From NCBI GenBank assembly GCA_963766075.1, contig CAVYAN010000049.1:38097-102096 (forward strand): a DNA stretch of 64,000 bases, written 5' to 3'. The DNA is from an uncultured cyanobacterium (GTDB lineage: Bacteria; Cyanobacteriota; Cyanobacteriia; Leptolyngbyales; Leptolyngbyaceae). Of the stretch, positions 48,736 through 62,302 are shown one piece after another. A program made the position numbers and the translations under genes. The notes under the pieces were generated by a model. The model was not told where the DNA came from. It saw only the letters and a program-made list of their open reading frames with translations, and ran no database searches. Each line of letters starts with the position of its first letter. Positions within the stretch are counted from its first letter, which is position 1.

Positions 48736-49335
48736 ATGGCGACTCCTGCACCCGATCCCATCTCCCTAGTCAATCCGACCACTCCGGCGGCTGGTGTGGC
48801 CCGCATCCGAAATTTTGTGATTGTGCTGGTTGCTGTGGTGTTGAGTGTGGCAATTTTTCTGGGATTGAATACCCAAAGTAGTGCGGCTTCCTTGGGGGCC
48901 TTGGCTAAGGAGTCGGTGCCGTTGGAAGTGGCGATGCAAAATGGCAAGCCCACCTTGGTGGAGTTTTATGCCAATTGGTGTACGAGCTGTCAGGCCATGG
49001 CAGAGGATATGGGTAGCTTGAAGCAGGAGTATGGCAATCGCGTCAATTTCGTCATGCTGAATGTAGACAACACCAAATGGCTACCGGAAATTCTGGCATA
49101 TCGAGTGGATGGGATTCCCCATTTTGTGTTTATGGGCACTGAGGGGACTGCCCAAGCCGAGGCGATCGGGGAACAGCCTAAAGCAGTCATGGCAGCTAAC
49201 CTGGTGGCCCTATCGACAGGTGCGCCCTTGCCCTATGCGCAATCTACCGGGCAAACGTCAGAGTTTTCGGCCCCGGTGTCTACGACAGGGGCGACCGATC
49301 CGCGCAGTCATGGCAGCCAGGTGGTGCCAAACTAA
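48736..49335 (+). CDS. txlA: Membrane-anchored thioredoxin-like protein (TxlA/HCF164-like)
   Basis: TM anchor, EFYANWCTSC, VDGIPHFVF. Confidence 0.8.
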   Translation: MATPAPDPISLVNPTTPAAGVARIRNFVIVLVAVVLSVAIFLGLNTQSSAASLGALAKESVPLEVAMQNGKPTLVEFYANWCTSCQAMAEDMGSLKQEYGNRVNFVMLNVDNTKWLPEILAYRVDGIPHFVFMGTEGTAQAEAIGEQPKAVMAANLVALSTGAPLPYAQSTGQTSEFSAPVSTTGATDPRSHGSQVVPN

Positions 49336-49618
49336 AGGTGCCAAACTAGATATCTGAAAAAATAAAGACAACCACCCGGGGCAACGATCGCGGACCCAGC
49401 CAAAGCAATTACCCAAACGGGGGAACTGCCCGGTTTCTTCCTCACAAGTTCTTCAACTTGTTTGCGTATTGTAGAAGTCAGCTAAGAATCATGGGGCCAG
49501 TCAGGTGCCGGTCAGCTAACAACCGTCAGCCAGCTAACAGCCGTTGGTTAGCTAACAGTCACTTGATTCATAACACTTGATTCATGACATAGATTTCGTC
49601 AATGCGGGAGAAAGCAGA

Positions 49619-50161
49619 ATGTTTCACAAAATCTTAGTTGGCCTAGATCGTTCCGATCAAGGGGAGCAAATCTTTGCCGAAGCATTGGCCTTGGCAAAAG
49701 CGACGGGCGCATCACTGATGCTGCTCCATGTCCTATCCCAGGGTGAGTCCGAATGCCCACAAATGCCTTCGCTCTCTACTTTGGAATACTATCCGGGACT
49801 CCAGGGCAGCATGATGGACACCTATAAGGAGGAATGGCATCGCTATGAGGCTGCGGGTGCAGAGTGGCTGCGATCGCACATGACCCGCGCCACAGATGCA
49901 GGGGTACTCACAGAAATGACCCAAACGGCGGACAGTCCCGGACGGGCAATCTGCGCGCTAGCCCGCAGTTGGGACGCTGATTTGATCCTCGTGGGTCGGC
50001 GAGGATTGGTGGGCCTCCAGGAATTCTTCGTCGGTAGCACCAGTAACTATGTTATGCACCACGCCCCCTGCTCTGTGCTGGTAACCCATCTGAGCCAGAC
50101 AGTCCCCTCGGAAAGTGCTCCGAAGGCAGTGGTAGAGCAACCGATTGAATTAGCTTCCTAG
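49619..50161 (+). CDS. Universal stress protein
   Basis: MFHKILVGLD, ADLILVGRRG, GSTSNYVMHHAPCSVLV. Confidence 0.93.
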   Translation: MFHKILVGLDRSDQGEQIFAEALALAKATGASLMLLHVLSQGESECPQMPSLSTLEYYPGLQGSMMDTYKEEWHRYEAAGAEWLRSHMTRATDAGVLTEMTQTADSPGRAICALARSWDADLILVGRRGLVGLQEFFVGSTSNYVMHHAPCSVLVTHLSQTVPSESAPKAVVEQPIELAS

Positions 50162-50235
50162 GGCATAGATAAGTCGGAGTATAGAAGCGGACAGCCTGAG
50201 AAGCCTCAATTTAATCGCCTTTCAATTTAATCGCC

Positions 50236-51048
50236 TTAATAACCCGCTGCCGCTAGATCCAACTGGTGGGTGTAGCGACTGCGCTCTACCGCAGTCCACC
50301 AGGTGCCATCGGGATACAGGTGGAGCAGCCGAAAGCCTGGGCGAGCCTGATCTAGGGAAAAGGTGGGGCTGTGGGGTTCAAACTGGATGGAGGTGGAGGG
50401 TGTGCCAAGATACTGAACCTGTCGTCTGATACGGCTATAGTCCTGATGGATATGGCCAAAGACGACTAATTTCACTTGGGGATAGCGATCGAGGACGGCA
50501 AATAAAGCATCCGGGTTTTGCAGACTGCTGCTATCTAGCCAGGTAGAATCCACGGCCAGAGGCGGATGGTGGCAGGCGATTAGGGTGGGGTTGGGTGAGT
50601 CTGCGGTATGAATTCGCTGTAATTCGGCCTCTAGGTAGCTGAGTTCCGTGGGGGCTAGATACCCGTGCACTCGTCCGGGAATCTGGGAATTGAGGAGCAC
50701 GAAGTTCCAACCGCCCCCCTGAAATGATTTCTGGGGCCGAACGATCGCACTGCCTTGCAGCACCTGCTCCATGACCGGGACGCAGTCATGATTTCCGGGT
50801 AGCCAGTAAGTGGGAATGCCCAGGGGGATAATCATGTCCTGCAACAGCCGGTAGGAAGCAGCTTGGCCATCCTGGGATAAATCCCCGGTGAGCAACAGCA
50901 TATCGGGTTTCTGCTCTAAAGCTCTAACCTGTTGCAGTACCGCTTGAAACGACTCTAGGGTGGGCATGCCTAGCAACTCTTGCTGGGTATCGGCAAAGAG
51001 ATGCATGTCGGTAATTTGGGCGACAATGAGGGGGGAGCGCACAGTCAT
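50236..51048 (-). CDS. cpdA: 3',5'-cyclic AMP phosphodiesterase (metallophosphoesterase)
   Basis: QITDMH, TGDLSQD, PGNHD, HHPP, GHIHQ, TPSTSIQF. Confidence 0.88.
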   Translation of the reverse strand: MTVRSPLIVAQITDMHLFADTQQELLGMPTLESFQAVLQQVRALEQKPDMLLLTGDLSQDGQAASYRLLQDMIIPLGIPTYWLPGNHDCVPVMEQVLQGSAIVRPQKSFQGGGWNFVLLNSQIPGRVHGYLAPTELSYLEAELQRIHTADSPNPTLIACHHPPLAVDSTWLDSSSLQNPDALFAVLDRYPQVKLVVFGHIHQDYSRIRRQVQYLGTPSTSIQFEPHSPTFSLDQARPGFRLLHLYPDGTWWTAVERSRYTHQLDLAAAGY

Positions 51049-51179
51049 GGCACAGTGATGAGGATGGCAATGGGAAAAACCGTGTAGAAGCCCTAGATTA
51101 AGTTCTGCAATTTTTCCAGCAATTTTGTCTAGAATAATTCACTCACCCGATCGAGTTTGCGATCTGGTGCAGGTCTAAA

Positions 51180-51218
51180 TGTGATCCTGATCACAGATTT
51201 TTTGTAATTCTGATCACA
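51180..51218. promoter_or_regulatory. Tandem CRP-type boxes upstream of cpdA
   Basis: TGTGA-TCCTGA-TCACA (51180-51195, perfect) and TGTAA-TTCTGA-TCACA (51203-51218). Confidence 0.75.
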
Positions 51219-51269
51219 ATTCATCTTTTAAGATCCACTATCGCTCCCTGTAATTCCGTATTTTTACAT

Positions 51270-51301
51270 AAAAAATGCGTGCCGCAAAGTGAGCACGCAT
51301 T
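51270..51301 (-). terminator. Rho-independent terminator after gnd
   Basis: Stem AATGCGTGC..GCACGCATT followed by a T-run on the minus strand. Confidence 0.65.
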
Positions 51302-51420
51302 GATCGATCGAGTCTGAGGGATTTCCGATCGCCAACTATCCTGATCGCCCTATATCCTCGATCTCCTTATTTAGAGGGCAATCGTTAGGGATCATTCGAG
51401 GGCAATATTTAGAGGGCAAT

Positions 51421-52845
51421 TTAGACCGCGACTTCCTCCTTCATCCATTCCGTGTGGAACACACCAGCTTTATCGATGCGTTCGTAGGTGTGGGCACCAA
51501 AGTAGTCGCGCTGTGCCTGGGTCAGATTTTGGGGCAGGCGATCGCGGCGATAGCTATCAAAGTAATCCAGTGACGCACTAAACGCAGGCACCGCAATCCC
51601 CAACTTTGCTGCCGTCGCCACTACTTCGCGCCATGCTCCCTGCTTGTCCAGAATTGTTTGTTTGAATTCGGGAGCCAGGAGCAGATTCGGCAATGCCGGA
51701 TTCTCATCAAACGCATGCTTAATCTTGTTCAAAAATCCGGCGCGGATGATGCAACCGCCTTTCCAAATGCGGGCACATTCGCCCAGATCGAGTTCAAAGC
51801 CATAGGTTTGCGATGCCTTGCTCAGTAGCGCCATGCCTTGGGCATAGGAACACATCTTGGAGCAATAAAGGGCGTCCCGCACTTGATTGATAAATGTTTG
51901 GATATCCCCGTCGAATTTGCCCACTGGCCCTGTTAACACTTGGGCGGCTTCCATCCGCTCCGATTTGTAGGAAGACATGATGCGGGCCGTCACTGCCGCG
52001 ATAATTGTGGGGATAGCAACACCCACCTCCAAGGCATCAGTCACGGTCCAACGCCCGGTGCCTTTTTGGCCAGCGGCATCAATAATCAAATCGACCAAAG
52101 GCAGTCCGGTTTCAGCATCCACTTTTTTGAATATATCAGCGGTAATTTCAATCAGGTAGGAGTTGAGTTCTGGCGTGGTATTCCATTCCGCAAATACCTC
52201 GTGGAGCTGCGCCGCGCTGAGTCCTGCCACACTCTTCAAAAGGTCGTAGGCTTCTGCAATTAATTGCATGTCGCCGTATTCAATGCCGTTATGGACCATT
52301 TTGACGTAGTGGCCTGCACCGCCGGGACCGATATAGGCTACACAGGGACCGTCGTCCACCTGGGCGGCAATTTTGGTCAGGATCGGGGCCAAGTAGTCAT
52401 AGGCAGCTTTGGTACCACCGGGCATCAAGCTGGGACCGTTGAGGGCACCTTCTTCACCGCCGCTGACGCCCATGCCGATAAACGTAAATTTTTCGGCTTC
52501 GAGGGCGCGGGCCCGCCGTTCCGTATCGGTAAATAGGGAGTTGCCGCCGTCGATCAGGATATCACCTTCATCAAGCAGGGGCTTGAGTTGTTCGATGGTG
52601 GCATCGACGGGAGCACCCGCTTTCACCATGATCAGGATTTTGCGGGGCCGTTCCAGGGAGGCCACAAATTCTTCGAGACTATAGGCGGCTTTCACCTGTT
52701 TGCCCACGGCCCGGTTTGCCATAAAGGCATCGGTTTTTTCACGACTGCGGTTGTAGACGGCGATGGGGAAGCCATTGCGCTCAACGTTGAGCGCAAGGTT
52801 TTCGCCCATAACTGCCAGACCGATTACACCAAAGCTTTGTGCCAT
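51421..52845 (-). CDS. gnd: 6-phosphogluconate dehydrogenase (NADP, decarboxylating)
   Basis: [38 protein letters not shown]. Confidence 0.98.
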   Translation of the reverse strand: MAQSFGVIGLAVMGENLALNVERNGFPIAVYNRSREKTDAFMANRAVGKQVKAAYSLEEFVASLERPRKILIMVKAGAPVDATIEQLKPLLDEGDILIDGGNSLFTDTERRARALEAEKFTFIGMGVSGGEEGALNGPSLMPGGTKAAYDYLAPILTKIAAQVDDGPCVAYIGPGGAGHYVKMVHNGIEYGDMQLIAEAYDLLKSVAGLSAAQLHEVFAEWNTTPELNSYLIEITADIFKKVDAETGLPLVDLIIDAAGQKGTGRWTVTDALEVGVAIPTIIAAVTARIMSSYKSERMEAAQVLTGPVGKFDGDIQTFINQVRDALYCSKMCSYAQGMALLSKASQTYGFELDLGECARIWKGGCIIRAGFLNKIKHAFDENPALPNLLLAPEFKQTILDKQGAWREVVATAAKLGIAVPAFSASLDYFDSYRRDRLPQNLTQAQRDYFGAHTYERIDKAGVFHTEWMKEEVAV

Positions 52846-53116
52846 AACATTTCTCTGCTAATTCTGCAATGAAGGGGCTGGTCCGTACTGTACCCTAGGG
52901 TAGCTTGATCCCTTGGGGGTGTCTTGGAAGAGAAGGTTAAGGAAGCGGAAGTTGATTGGGTCGCGATGGGGTGGGGTGGCAGCCGGAGGCAAGCCATTTG
53001 GAAAATTATGATTACAAATTAGACGGGTTAAAAACTCAAAACTTCATGACAAGAGTAGAGTTATTGAGAGGGTCTGACTCAGTCAGACGGTCATAAGGCA
53101 CGTTGGGAGCGGCGGT

Positions 53117-54394
53117 ATGCTGGCATACGTTTTGGCTTTGATAGTGGGGTTGGGGAGCTTGGCGCTTTACATGGCGGCGTTCTTTTTCCCGGAGGTGCAT
53201 CGGAAGCAGGATTTCATTTTGAGTGGCATCGGTCTGTTTTATGCTCTGGTGCTGTGGGTCTGTGCGGGACGGATTACGGGGGGGGTGCTCTTGGGGCAGA
53301 TGGCGGGTGTGGGGTTAGTGGGCTGGCTGGGGTGGGAAACCCTAAATTTGCGGCGAGGGATTACGCCTGGGGATCAGCAAACGGCTTTGCCCACGCCTGA
53401 AGCGTTGCAGTCTGCATTGACTAATTTGACCAAGCCGGAGGTGTTGTCTGGTTTGCCGGGTCAGATTGGTAGTGGCCTGAATCAGTTTGTGGAACGGGTA
53501 CGAGCGGCGATCGCGGCGGGTTCTAAGGCGAAACAAGCGGCGGCGGCAGCGGTGGATGCCTATGTGCCCCTGAAGCGGGAGGATTTTGCCCGTGCAGTTC
53601 AGGAGGGGGTGCAGTCGGTGAGTGCGGCGGTGGATACGGCGATGGATACGGCGGTGGATACGACACGGGAGCAGGCTGCTGCTGTGGTCCAGGATGTTGA
53701 AGAGGCCGTGTCGGCAACGGTGGAAAGCGCGACGGCGATCAAAAGTTCGGCAGCGTCAAGCTTTGTAGAAGAGGTAGGGCGGGTAGTAGAGGTGCCGAAG
53801 GCAGCACCGCCTGCACCGCCTGGGTCGGGAGCGCCGTCGACGGCTTCGGACTTGATCGGGAAGGTAACGGGGATGCTGGGGGCGATCGCGGCGGCTATTC
53901 CGGCGCTCCTCCAAGGGCTGACAAAAAAGAAGGAAAGCCAGCCCATCTATGTGCGGAAGCAGTTTCGCCGGGATGCTGCTGGGGTTGACTCTGATACGGT
54001 CACGGCAGAGTCCTCAGGGCCTGGGGTGGCGGGGGCGATCGCTGATGTGGAATCGACGTTGGAATCGGCAGTAGAAACCGTGCTTGAGGCTGCCGATGTC
54101 TCTGCCGCTGTGGGAGTGGAGTCTCCCGTGATGGATCTCGACGACGGTAACAGCGTGATCGCCCCAGACCCTATCGCCCCAGATAATGAGGAGACAGAGA
54201 ATACGGAGGCCGCTACCATTAATGCCTTTGCCGATGCCCATGAAGCGGCTACAGTGCCGGACGAAGTTGGGGTAGCAGCTCTGAAGGCAGATGCAGATGA
54301 TGCGGATGAGTTTGATCCGGATTGGCAGGATGCCGAGGGGGTGGAGCCCGACGTCTCGGATCTGCCCATTGACCCGCCCTTTATCGAAGAGTAA
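53117..54394 (+). CDS. Ycf66-family protein with long acidic/Ala-rich tail
   Basis: MLAYVLA...AFFFPEVHRKQDF...GRITGGVLLGQ. Confidence 0.8.
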   Translation: MLAYVLALIVGLGSLALYMAAFFFPEVHRKQDFILSGIGLFYALVLWVCAGRITGGVLLGQMAGVGLVGWLGWETLNLRRGITPGDQQTALPTPEALQSALTNLTKPEVLSGLPGQIGSGLNQFVERVRAAIAAGSKAKQAAAAAVDAYVPLKREDFARAVQEGVQSVSAAVDTAMDTAVDTTREQAAAVVQDVEEAVSATVESATAIKSSAASSFVEEVGRVVEVPKAAPPAPPGSGAPSTASDLIGKVTGMLGAIAAAIPALLQGLTKKKESQPIYVRKQFRRDAAGVDSDTVTAESSGPGVAGAIADVESTLESAVETVLEAADVSAAVGVESPVMDLDDGNSVIAPDPIAPDNEETENTEAATINAFADAHEAATVPDEVGVAALKADADDADEFDPDWQDAEGVEPDVSDLPIDPPFIEE

Positions 54395-54458
54395 GGCTCA
54401 GAGCATGTCTAGGCTCGCTCAAGAATCGGTTGAGAAATAGGACGGATGCTCGATAGTC

Positions 54459-55028
54459 ATGATGAATCAGGCTGGTGCAGATGAAGTGGCGCTTGTGATC
54501 AGGATTGCGCAGCAGGATCAAACGGCATTGTCCCTGCTTTATGAACGCTATGCCCGCGTGCTCTATGCTGTGGCCTATAAAAGCTTGAATTCTGCGGAAG
54601 AAAGCGAAGAGGTCGTGCTAGATGTGTTTGCGCAGGTGTGGCGCATTGCTGTGCGATATGATGCGACAAAGGCGCGGGTGGATACCTGGCTGTTTATGAT
54701 CACCCGCAGCCGCGTGCTGGATCGCCTGCGAAAAATGCAGCGATCCCCGAAGGTAACTTCGGTATCAGCACCGGAGACAGAGATCCAATTGGTGGCACCG
54801 GGCGTAGATCCGATGGAAGCAGCAGTGGTGTTAGATCGGCGATCGCAGGTGATGGCCGCTCTGGCACAAATTCCGGTGGAGCAGCGTCAGGTGATTGAGC
54901 TGGCTTATTATCAGGGGTTGTCCCATTCTGAGATTGCTGCCCAAACTGGTTTGGCCATCGGTACGGTGAAAACGCGGGTACGGTTGGGGCTGAGTAAATT
55001 AAAGACGACCCTGGGGGAACTGGCCTGA
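54459..55028 (+). CDS. ECF RNA polymerase sigma factor
   Basis: ALSLLYERY, EEVVLDVF, WLFMITRSR, LAYYQGLSHSEIA, GTVKTRVRLGL. Confidence 0.92.
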   Translation: MMNQAGADEVALVIRIAQQDQTALSLLYERYARVLYAVAYKSLNSAEESEEVVLDVFAQVWRIAVRYDATKARVDTWLFMITRSRVLDRLRKMQRSPKVTSVSAPETEIQLVAPGVDPMEAAVVLDRRSQVMAALAQIPVEQRQVIELAYYQGLSHSEIAAQTGLAIGTVKTRVRLGLSKLKTTLGELA

Positions 55029-55159
55029 GTTTTGCGGGCTGGGGAGCAGGGTTTAAAGAGCGGGCTAGGATGGGCAATGGTCCAGCATAGCCGGGACAAT
55101 GGCCGGGATAGGCAGGGTCTGGGATGGGGCAGAATAGTGGGATGGGGCAGGATAGAGCA

Positions 55160-55810
55160 ATGCTTGGAGAGAGAACTGTGGACGATCGCTGTTTTGCAGA
55201 TTTAGCGCCTTTTTATGTGCTAGATGGGCTAAGCGCAGAGGAGCGGCAATGGGTCGAAGCCCAAGTCGCGGAGATTCCCGAGTTGGCCGAGGAGTTGGCT
55301 GAGCTAGAATCCACGATCGCCGCCTTGTCCTATGCAGCGCCACCCGTGCCCATGGCGACAGACTTGCAGTCGCGCCTGTTTGAGCGGATTGGGGTGGATA
55401 GGTTCCCCGTGATCGCCGCACCGGAAATTCAAGGTCCAGAGTCTATCGCCGCAGCGGGGCTGATGGCGGTGCGATCGCCGGATTTACAGTGGCGACCTTA
55501 CCGGGTGCCGAAAGTCACGATGGCACTGCTCCATATCGATCAGAAAACTCGGTATGTGTCTGCGCTGTTCCGGGCCGAGGCAGGGATGCGCTACCCGGCC
55601 CATCGCCATGGGGATGTGGAAGAGATTTACATGCTGTCGGGGGATTTATGGTTTGGCGATGAACATTTTGGTCCAGGGGACTATATTCGGACCGAAAAAG
55701 GCTCCAAACATCTGGCGGCGCACTCCAATCAGGGCTGTATGTTTTTCGTGCGGACGTCACTGGACAATGAATATGACGACCTCGAAACCGCGCTGCCTGT
55801 TGAGGGCTAG
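55160..55810 (+). CDS. Anti-sigma factor with ChrR-like cupin domain
   Basis: N-terminal anti-sigma helix (YVLDGLSAEER), cupin YPAHRHGDVEEIYMLSG...GPGDY...H; directly follows the ECF sigma. Confidence 0.8.
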   Translation: MLGERTVDDRCFADLAPFYVLDGLSAEERQWVEAQVAEIPELAEELAELESTIAALSYAAPPVPMATDLQSRLFERIGVDRFPVIAAPEIQGPESIAAAGLMAVRSPDLQWRPYRVPKVTMALLHIDQKTRYVSALFRAEAGMRYPAHRHGDVEEIYMLSGDLWFGDEHFGPGDYIRTEKGSKHLAAHSNQGCMFFVRTSLDNEYDDLETALPVEG

Positions 55811-55863
55811 TGCACTCCTGACAGAGACCACGGCACCCCTGGCAGTTTAATTTTTAAGTAATT

Positions 55864-57145
55864 TCAATTGGCTACTCCTTCATGCTGCAGTGCTTGCCAG
55901 CACTCTTGGGCGATGGCCCAATCTTCCTGGGTGTGGACAACCAGCACGCGCACTGTGGACTCTGGGGTCGAAATCTCCTGATCCACGGGATGATTTTGAT
56001 TCAGGGTGGGATTTATATTTAATCCTAAAAAGGAAAAGGCTTCGCAGGCCGAGGCGCGAATTAAGGGGCTATTTTCTCCGACACCAGCGGTAAAGACCAG
56101 GACATCCATGCCGCCGAGGCTGGCCAGCATGGCACCAATCTGCGATCGCAGCCGATGCACGTACATATCCAGCGCCAACTGCGCCCGTGAATTGCCCGAG
56201 GCGATCGCGGCCAATACCTCGCGCAGATCCCCGGATACATCCGAAATCCCTTTTAACCCCGATCCTTTATTTAACGCCTGATCCAAGTCATCGACGCTAC
56301 CGTTTACTTCCCGCAGTAAATAAATCAAAATTCCGGGATCAACCGAACCCGAGCGGGTGCCCATCATCAGGCCATCAAGGGGCGTAAAGCCCATGGTGGT
56401 GTCGATGCTATGTCCCTTGACGCACAGCAGACAGGGAACAGCCATTGCCCAAATGACAAATGACCATCCGTAGGTCCATCAGATCGCGTTCTAGGATTTG
56501 TGCGGTTCGCTGCGCGCAGTAATGATGGCTGATGCCGTGGAAGCCGTAGCGCCGGATCCCCTGGTCTACCCAGGCATAGGGGCCGGGGTAAATCGCCGCC
56601 GCATCCGGGAGATGGCTGTGGAAGGCGGTGTCGAAGACGGCAATCTGGGGGATGTCCGGCCCCAGCAGGGCCTCGATGACGGTGATCCCCTCCAAGTTGG
56701 CCGGATTATGGGCGGGGGCCAGATGGGCCAGACGGGCGATCGCGGCTTTTACTTCGGGGGTCACTCGGGTTCGGGTTTGATACTCCCGCCCACCATGCAC
56801 GACGCGATGGCCGACGACATCAATGGCAGTCAGGGAGCCATCGGCCTGGGTCAGCAAGGACTTCAAAAGATTGTGGACATCTGTGGCATGGGATTCCGAG
56901 GGCAGCGATTCTTCGCGGACTTGGCCTTCTCGGGTTTTAACGATGATGTTCGCCTGGTGCGGTTGCCGCCAATCAATTTGGGCCGACCATAGGGGCGAGG
57001 GCGGCAGGGGGAGCCACTCCTGGTTATCCGACTGCTGCTGACCTTTCTCGAAGGTGCTCCCTTCGGCTGCGATCGCTTCGGCTGCGATCTCATAGAGTGC
57101 ACTTTTTTGGCTACTTGATCCCGCATTCAGAACTAGAATTTTCAT
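55864..57145 (-). CDS. ackA: Acetate kinase; frameshift near 56420
   Basis: MKILVLNAGSSS, GHRVVHGG, FDTAFH, YGFHGISH, HLGNG; then TTMGFTPLDG, FTAGVGENS in the next frame. Confidence 0.93.
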
Positions 57146-57773
57146 CGCGATCGGCTCCAATATTCTCCACTTGTCATCTTTTTGGCACCACCACGATCGC
57201 AGCAAAACCCACAAAGTTCAGCGCGCTTTGAGTGGGCGAGGCATCCCTACGGAAGCAGCATCCATCCTCTGTGATGCCCACTTTCCCGTTCCAATCCGTA
57301 TCATCAAATACCCATGCCAAACCAAATATCCATAACAAAGCCCAAGCCATAATAATACCCAAGCCATATCTAATCCATCGATTAATCTAATCCCAAATCG
57401 ATTGAAATTAATGTTTATATTGTCTTAACCACAAATGTTTGGGACTTTACTTGATTTTATCTAGTATTTAAAGTAACTATAGGGCTGTAGTTCAAAGCAT
57501 TGCAACACTGGATAATTTTTAGGGTTTCGTTATCGTAGCTTTATCGCCTAGGAATAACGAATTTATCATCTAGGAATAACGCCATTATCCATGAAAAGTG
57601 ACGTTTGATGGACTTAATTTTTTCAGCTCGTGCTTTGATTAAATCGTCCCCGTTCAAGTCTTTCTCATATTCGGTTTTTAAAACTTATCAGTGCATTGCC
57701 TTGATTTATTTTGGCTTCCAATTTAGTAGATGTATTTATTCATTCAAGTACCCCCACAGGAAGGCTAAACCCT

Positions 57774-60212
57774 ATGATAGCGATTCCGAATCGGCCTGTA
57801 ACGAGCACAACTGCCTATGGGCAGGCGCGCTCTACAATTTCTGGTTCTCCTCTGAGCGCTACAGAACTGCACGCCATGCACGGATTCTGGCGGGCGGCGA
57901 ACTATCTTGCCGTGGGTATGATTTATCTGCGGGAAAACCCTCTTTTGCAAGAGTCGCTGCAGCCAGAGCATATCAAGCAGCGCTTGCTAGGCCACTGGGG
58001 ATCTAGCCCTGGCATTAGCTTTCTCTACACTCATCTGAATCGGGTGATTAAAAAGTTTGATCAGGCCATGCTGTTTATGGTGGGGGCAGGCCATGGTGCG
58101 CCCGGATTTCTCGGTCCGTGCTATCTAGAAGGGACCTATTCCCAATATTTTTCCAACTGTTCGGAAGATACAGCGGGCATGCTAGCATTTTTCCGGCATT
58201 TTTCCTTTCCGGGTGGGGTGGGTAGCCACTGCACCCCGGAGACACCAGGATCAATCCACGAGGGGGGCGAATTGGGCTACAGCCTTTCCCACGCCTATGG
58301 TGCTGCCTTCGATAATCCTGATTTGATTGTGGTGGCAATGCCGGGGGATGGCGAGGCGGAAACGGGGCCATTGGCCACCTCTTGGCATGCGAATAAATTT
58401 ATCAATCCGATTCGCGATGGGGCGGTGCTGCCAGTGCTGCATCTGAACGGGTACAAGATTAATAACCCGACCGTATTGTCGCGGATTAGCCACGAGGAAT
58501 TGGAGGCGCTGTTTCGGGGTTATGGCTATACGCCCTACTTTGTCGAAGGCTCGGATCCAGAGAGTATGCACCAAGCCATGGCGGCAACGCTGGAGCACTG
58601 TGTGGCGGAAATTCGCCGGATTCAGCAGGAAGCTCGCCTGAGTGGGGTGGCGGTGCGTCCGCGTTGGCCAATGATTGTGCTGCGATCGCCCAAGGGTTGG
58701 ACTGGCCCCACGGAAGTCGATGGTCACAAAGTTGAGGGATTTTGGCGATCGCACCAAGTGCCCATGGGCGGAATGCAGACCAATCCGGATCATTTGCGGT
58801 TGCTGGAAACCTGGATGCGCAGCTATCAGCCCGAGGCGCTGTTTGATGAGCAGGGACGACTGCTGCCGGAATTTAAGGCCACCGTGCCGACGGGGACGCG
58901 CTGCCTTGGAGCTACCCCCTACGCCAACGGCGGACTCTTACGGCGGGATCTGAAGCTGCCTGATTTTCGGACCTATGGTGTGCCCGTGGAGCATCCCGGC
59001 ACCACTGCGGTTGAAAATACCAAACCGCTGGGCCGATTTCTGCGGGATGTGATGCGGGACAATATGACCAATTTCCGGGTTTTTGGCCCGGATGAAAATA
59101 CCTCCAACAAGCTCGATGCCATCTATGAAGTCAGCAAGAAGTTTTGGATTGCCGACTTTTTGCCGGAGGATGCCGATGGGGGAGAATTATCCACCGATGG
59201 CCGCGTGCTGGAATACCTAAGCGAACATACGCTGGAAGGCTGGCTGGAAGGCTATCTGATGACCGGACGCCATGGGTTCTTTTCCACCTACGAGTCCTTT
59301 GCCCATGTGATTGATTCGATGGTGAGTCAACATGCAAAATGGTTGGAAATTTGTAAAGAAATTAGCTGGCGTAAGAGTATCTCATCGTTGAATTTGCTGA
59401 TTACTTCGACAGTATGGCGGCAGGACCATAATGGATTTACTCACCAAGATCCTGGTTTTTTAGATGTACTGCTCAATAAAAGTCCGGAGGTGGTGCGAAT
59501 TTATCTGCCGCCGGATGTCAATTCATTACTGTCGGTTGCCGATCACTGCTTACGCAGTCAGGACTATGTCAATATCATTGTCTGTGATAAGCAATCCCAT
59601 TTGCAGTATCACGATATGGATGCAGCGGTGCGCAACTGTACTAAAGGCATTGATATTTGGGAATGGGCCAGTACCGATGCCGGTGAAGAACCGGATGTGG
59701 TTTTGGCGACAGCGGGGGATGTGCCGACGCAGGAAGCGTTGGCGGCCTCGGTGCTGCTGCGGGAAAGTTTCCCCGACTTGAAAATCCGGTTTATCAACGT
59801 GATTGATTTATTCAAGTTGCAGCCCCAAGAGGAGCATCCCCATGGCCTCAGCGATCGCGATTTTGATAGCCTCTTTACGATCGATAAACCGGTGATTTTT
59901 AACTTCCACGGCTATCCCTGGCTGATTCACCGGCTCACCTATCGTCGCACCAACCATGGCAATATCCATGTGCGGGGCTACAAGGAAAAAGGCAACATCA
60001 ACACGCCCCTGGAGTTGGCGATTTGCAACCAGATTGATCGGTTTAGTTTAGCGATCGATGTGATCGATCGCATTCCCAAACTGCGGGTGGCCGGTGCCCA
60101 TGCCAAGGAGGCGCTCAAGGACGAACAAATTTCCTGCCGTAACTATGCCTTTGAACATGGCATTGACAAGCCGGAAATCGTCCAGTGGCAGTGGCCGTAC
60201 TCGTTAGGCTGA
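57774..60212 (+). CDS. xfp: Phosphoketolase (xylulose-5-P/fructose-6-P)
   Basis: [44 protein letters not shown]. Confidence 0.96.
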   Translation: MIAIPNRPVTSTTAYGQARSTISGSPLSATELHAMHGFWRAANYLAVGMIYLRENPLLQESLQPEHIKQRLLGHWGSSPGISFLYTHLNRVIKKFDQAMLFMVGAGHGAPGFLGPCYLEGTYSQYFSNCSEDTAGMLAFFRHFSFPGGVGSHCTPETPGSIHEGGELGYSLSHAYGAAFDNPDLIVVAMPGDGEAETGPLATSWHANKFINPIRDGAVLPVLHLNGYKINNPTVLSRISHEELEALFRGYGYTPYFVEGSDPESMHQAMAATLEHCVAEIRRIQQEARLSGVAVRPRWPMIVLRSPKGWTGPTEVDGHKVEGFWRSHQVPMGGMQTNPDHLRLLETWMRSYQPEALFDEQGRLLPEFKATVPTGTRCLGATPYANGGLLRRDLKLPDFRTYGVPVEHPGTTAVENTKPLGRFLRDVMRDNMTNFRVFGPDENTSNKLDAIYEVSKKFWIADFLPEDADGGELSTDGRVLEYLSEHTLEGWLEGYLMTGRHGFFSTYESFAHVIDSMVSQHAKWLEICKEISWRKSISSLNLLITSTVWRQDHNGFTHQDPGFLDVLLNKSPEVVRIYLPPDVNSLLSVADHCLRSQDYVNIIVCDKQSHLQYHDMDAAVRNCTKGIDIWEWASTDAGEEPDVVLATAGDVPTQEALAASVLLRESFPDLKIRFINVIDLFKLQPQEEHPHGLSDRDFDSLFTIDKPVIFNFHGYPWLIHRLTYRRTNHGNIHVRGYKEKGNINTPLELAICNQIDRFSLAIDVIDRIPKLRVAGAHAKEALKDEQISCRNYAFEHGIDKPEIVQWQWPYSLG

Positions 60213-60314
60213 TCGAATTAGAGCTGATCGAATTGGAAAGGATCGCTCTGCCCACGTCGGGTGGAGCGATCGCCCTTTATGTATTCTCTATGCCGCATTG
60301 GCCGATTTGGGTGA

Positions 60315-62024
<1,710 letters not shown>

Positions 62025-62185
62025 TGATCGTGATCATCATGATTACGATCATCGCATAATAGTGAGCAAAGAGATTCGGGTGCTGAAATCGCCAACGCAC
62101 TACTCCAGCGCCCTTTCTCTTGCTTGCGGAGTTACTTCTGCCTGCGTGCATTAGGCTTGTGTGCATTAGGCTTGCGTGCATTAGA

Positions 62186-62219
62186 CTAAAGTGAGTGCTA
62201 CTTCACGCACTCACTTTAG
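62186..62219. terminator. Long hairpin after pgm, preceded by short 15-bp tandem repeats
   Basis: CTAAAGTGAGTGC..GCACTCACTTTAG. Confidence 0.5.
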
Positions 62220-62302
62220 CCACTCGAAATAAATAGCTACTCAAGATAGATATATTTCTTCCATTTCAGGAACGCCTGACCCGCTTTGGAGTCGCGAAAT
62301 AG

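Noticed and set aside
57605..58006. Separate ORF upstream of and overlapping xfp
   Set aside because: It begins in AT-rich promoter-like DNA, overlaps xfp out of frame and has no recognisable motifs.
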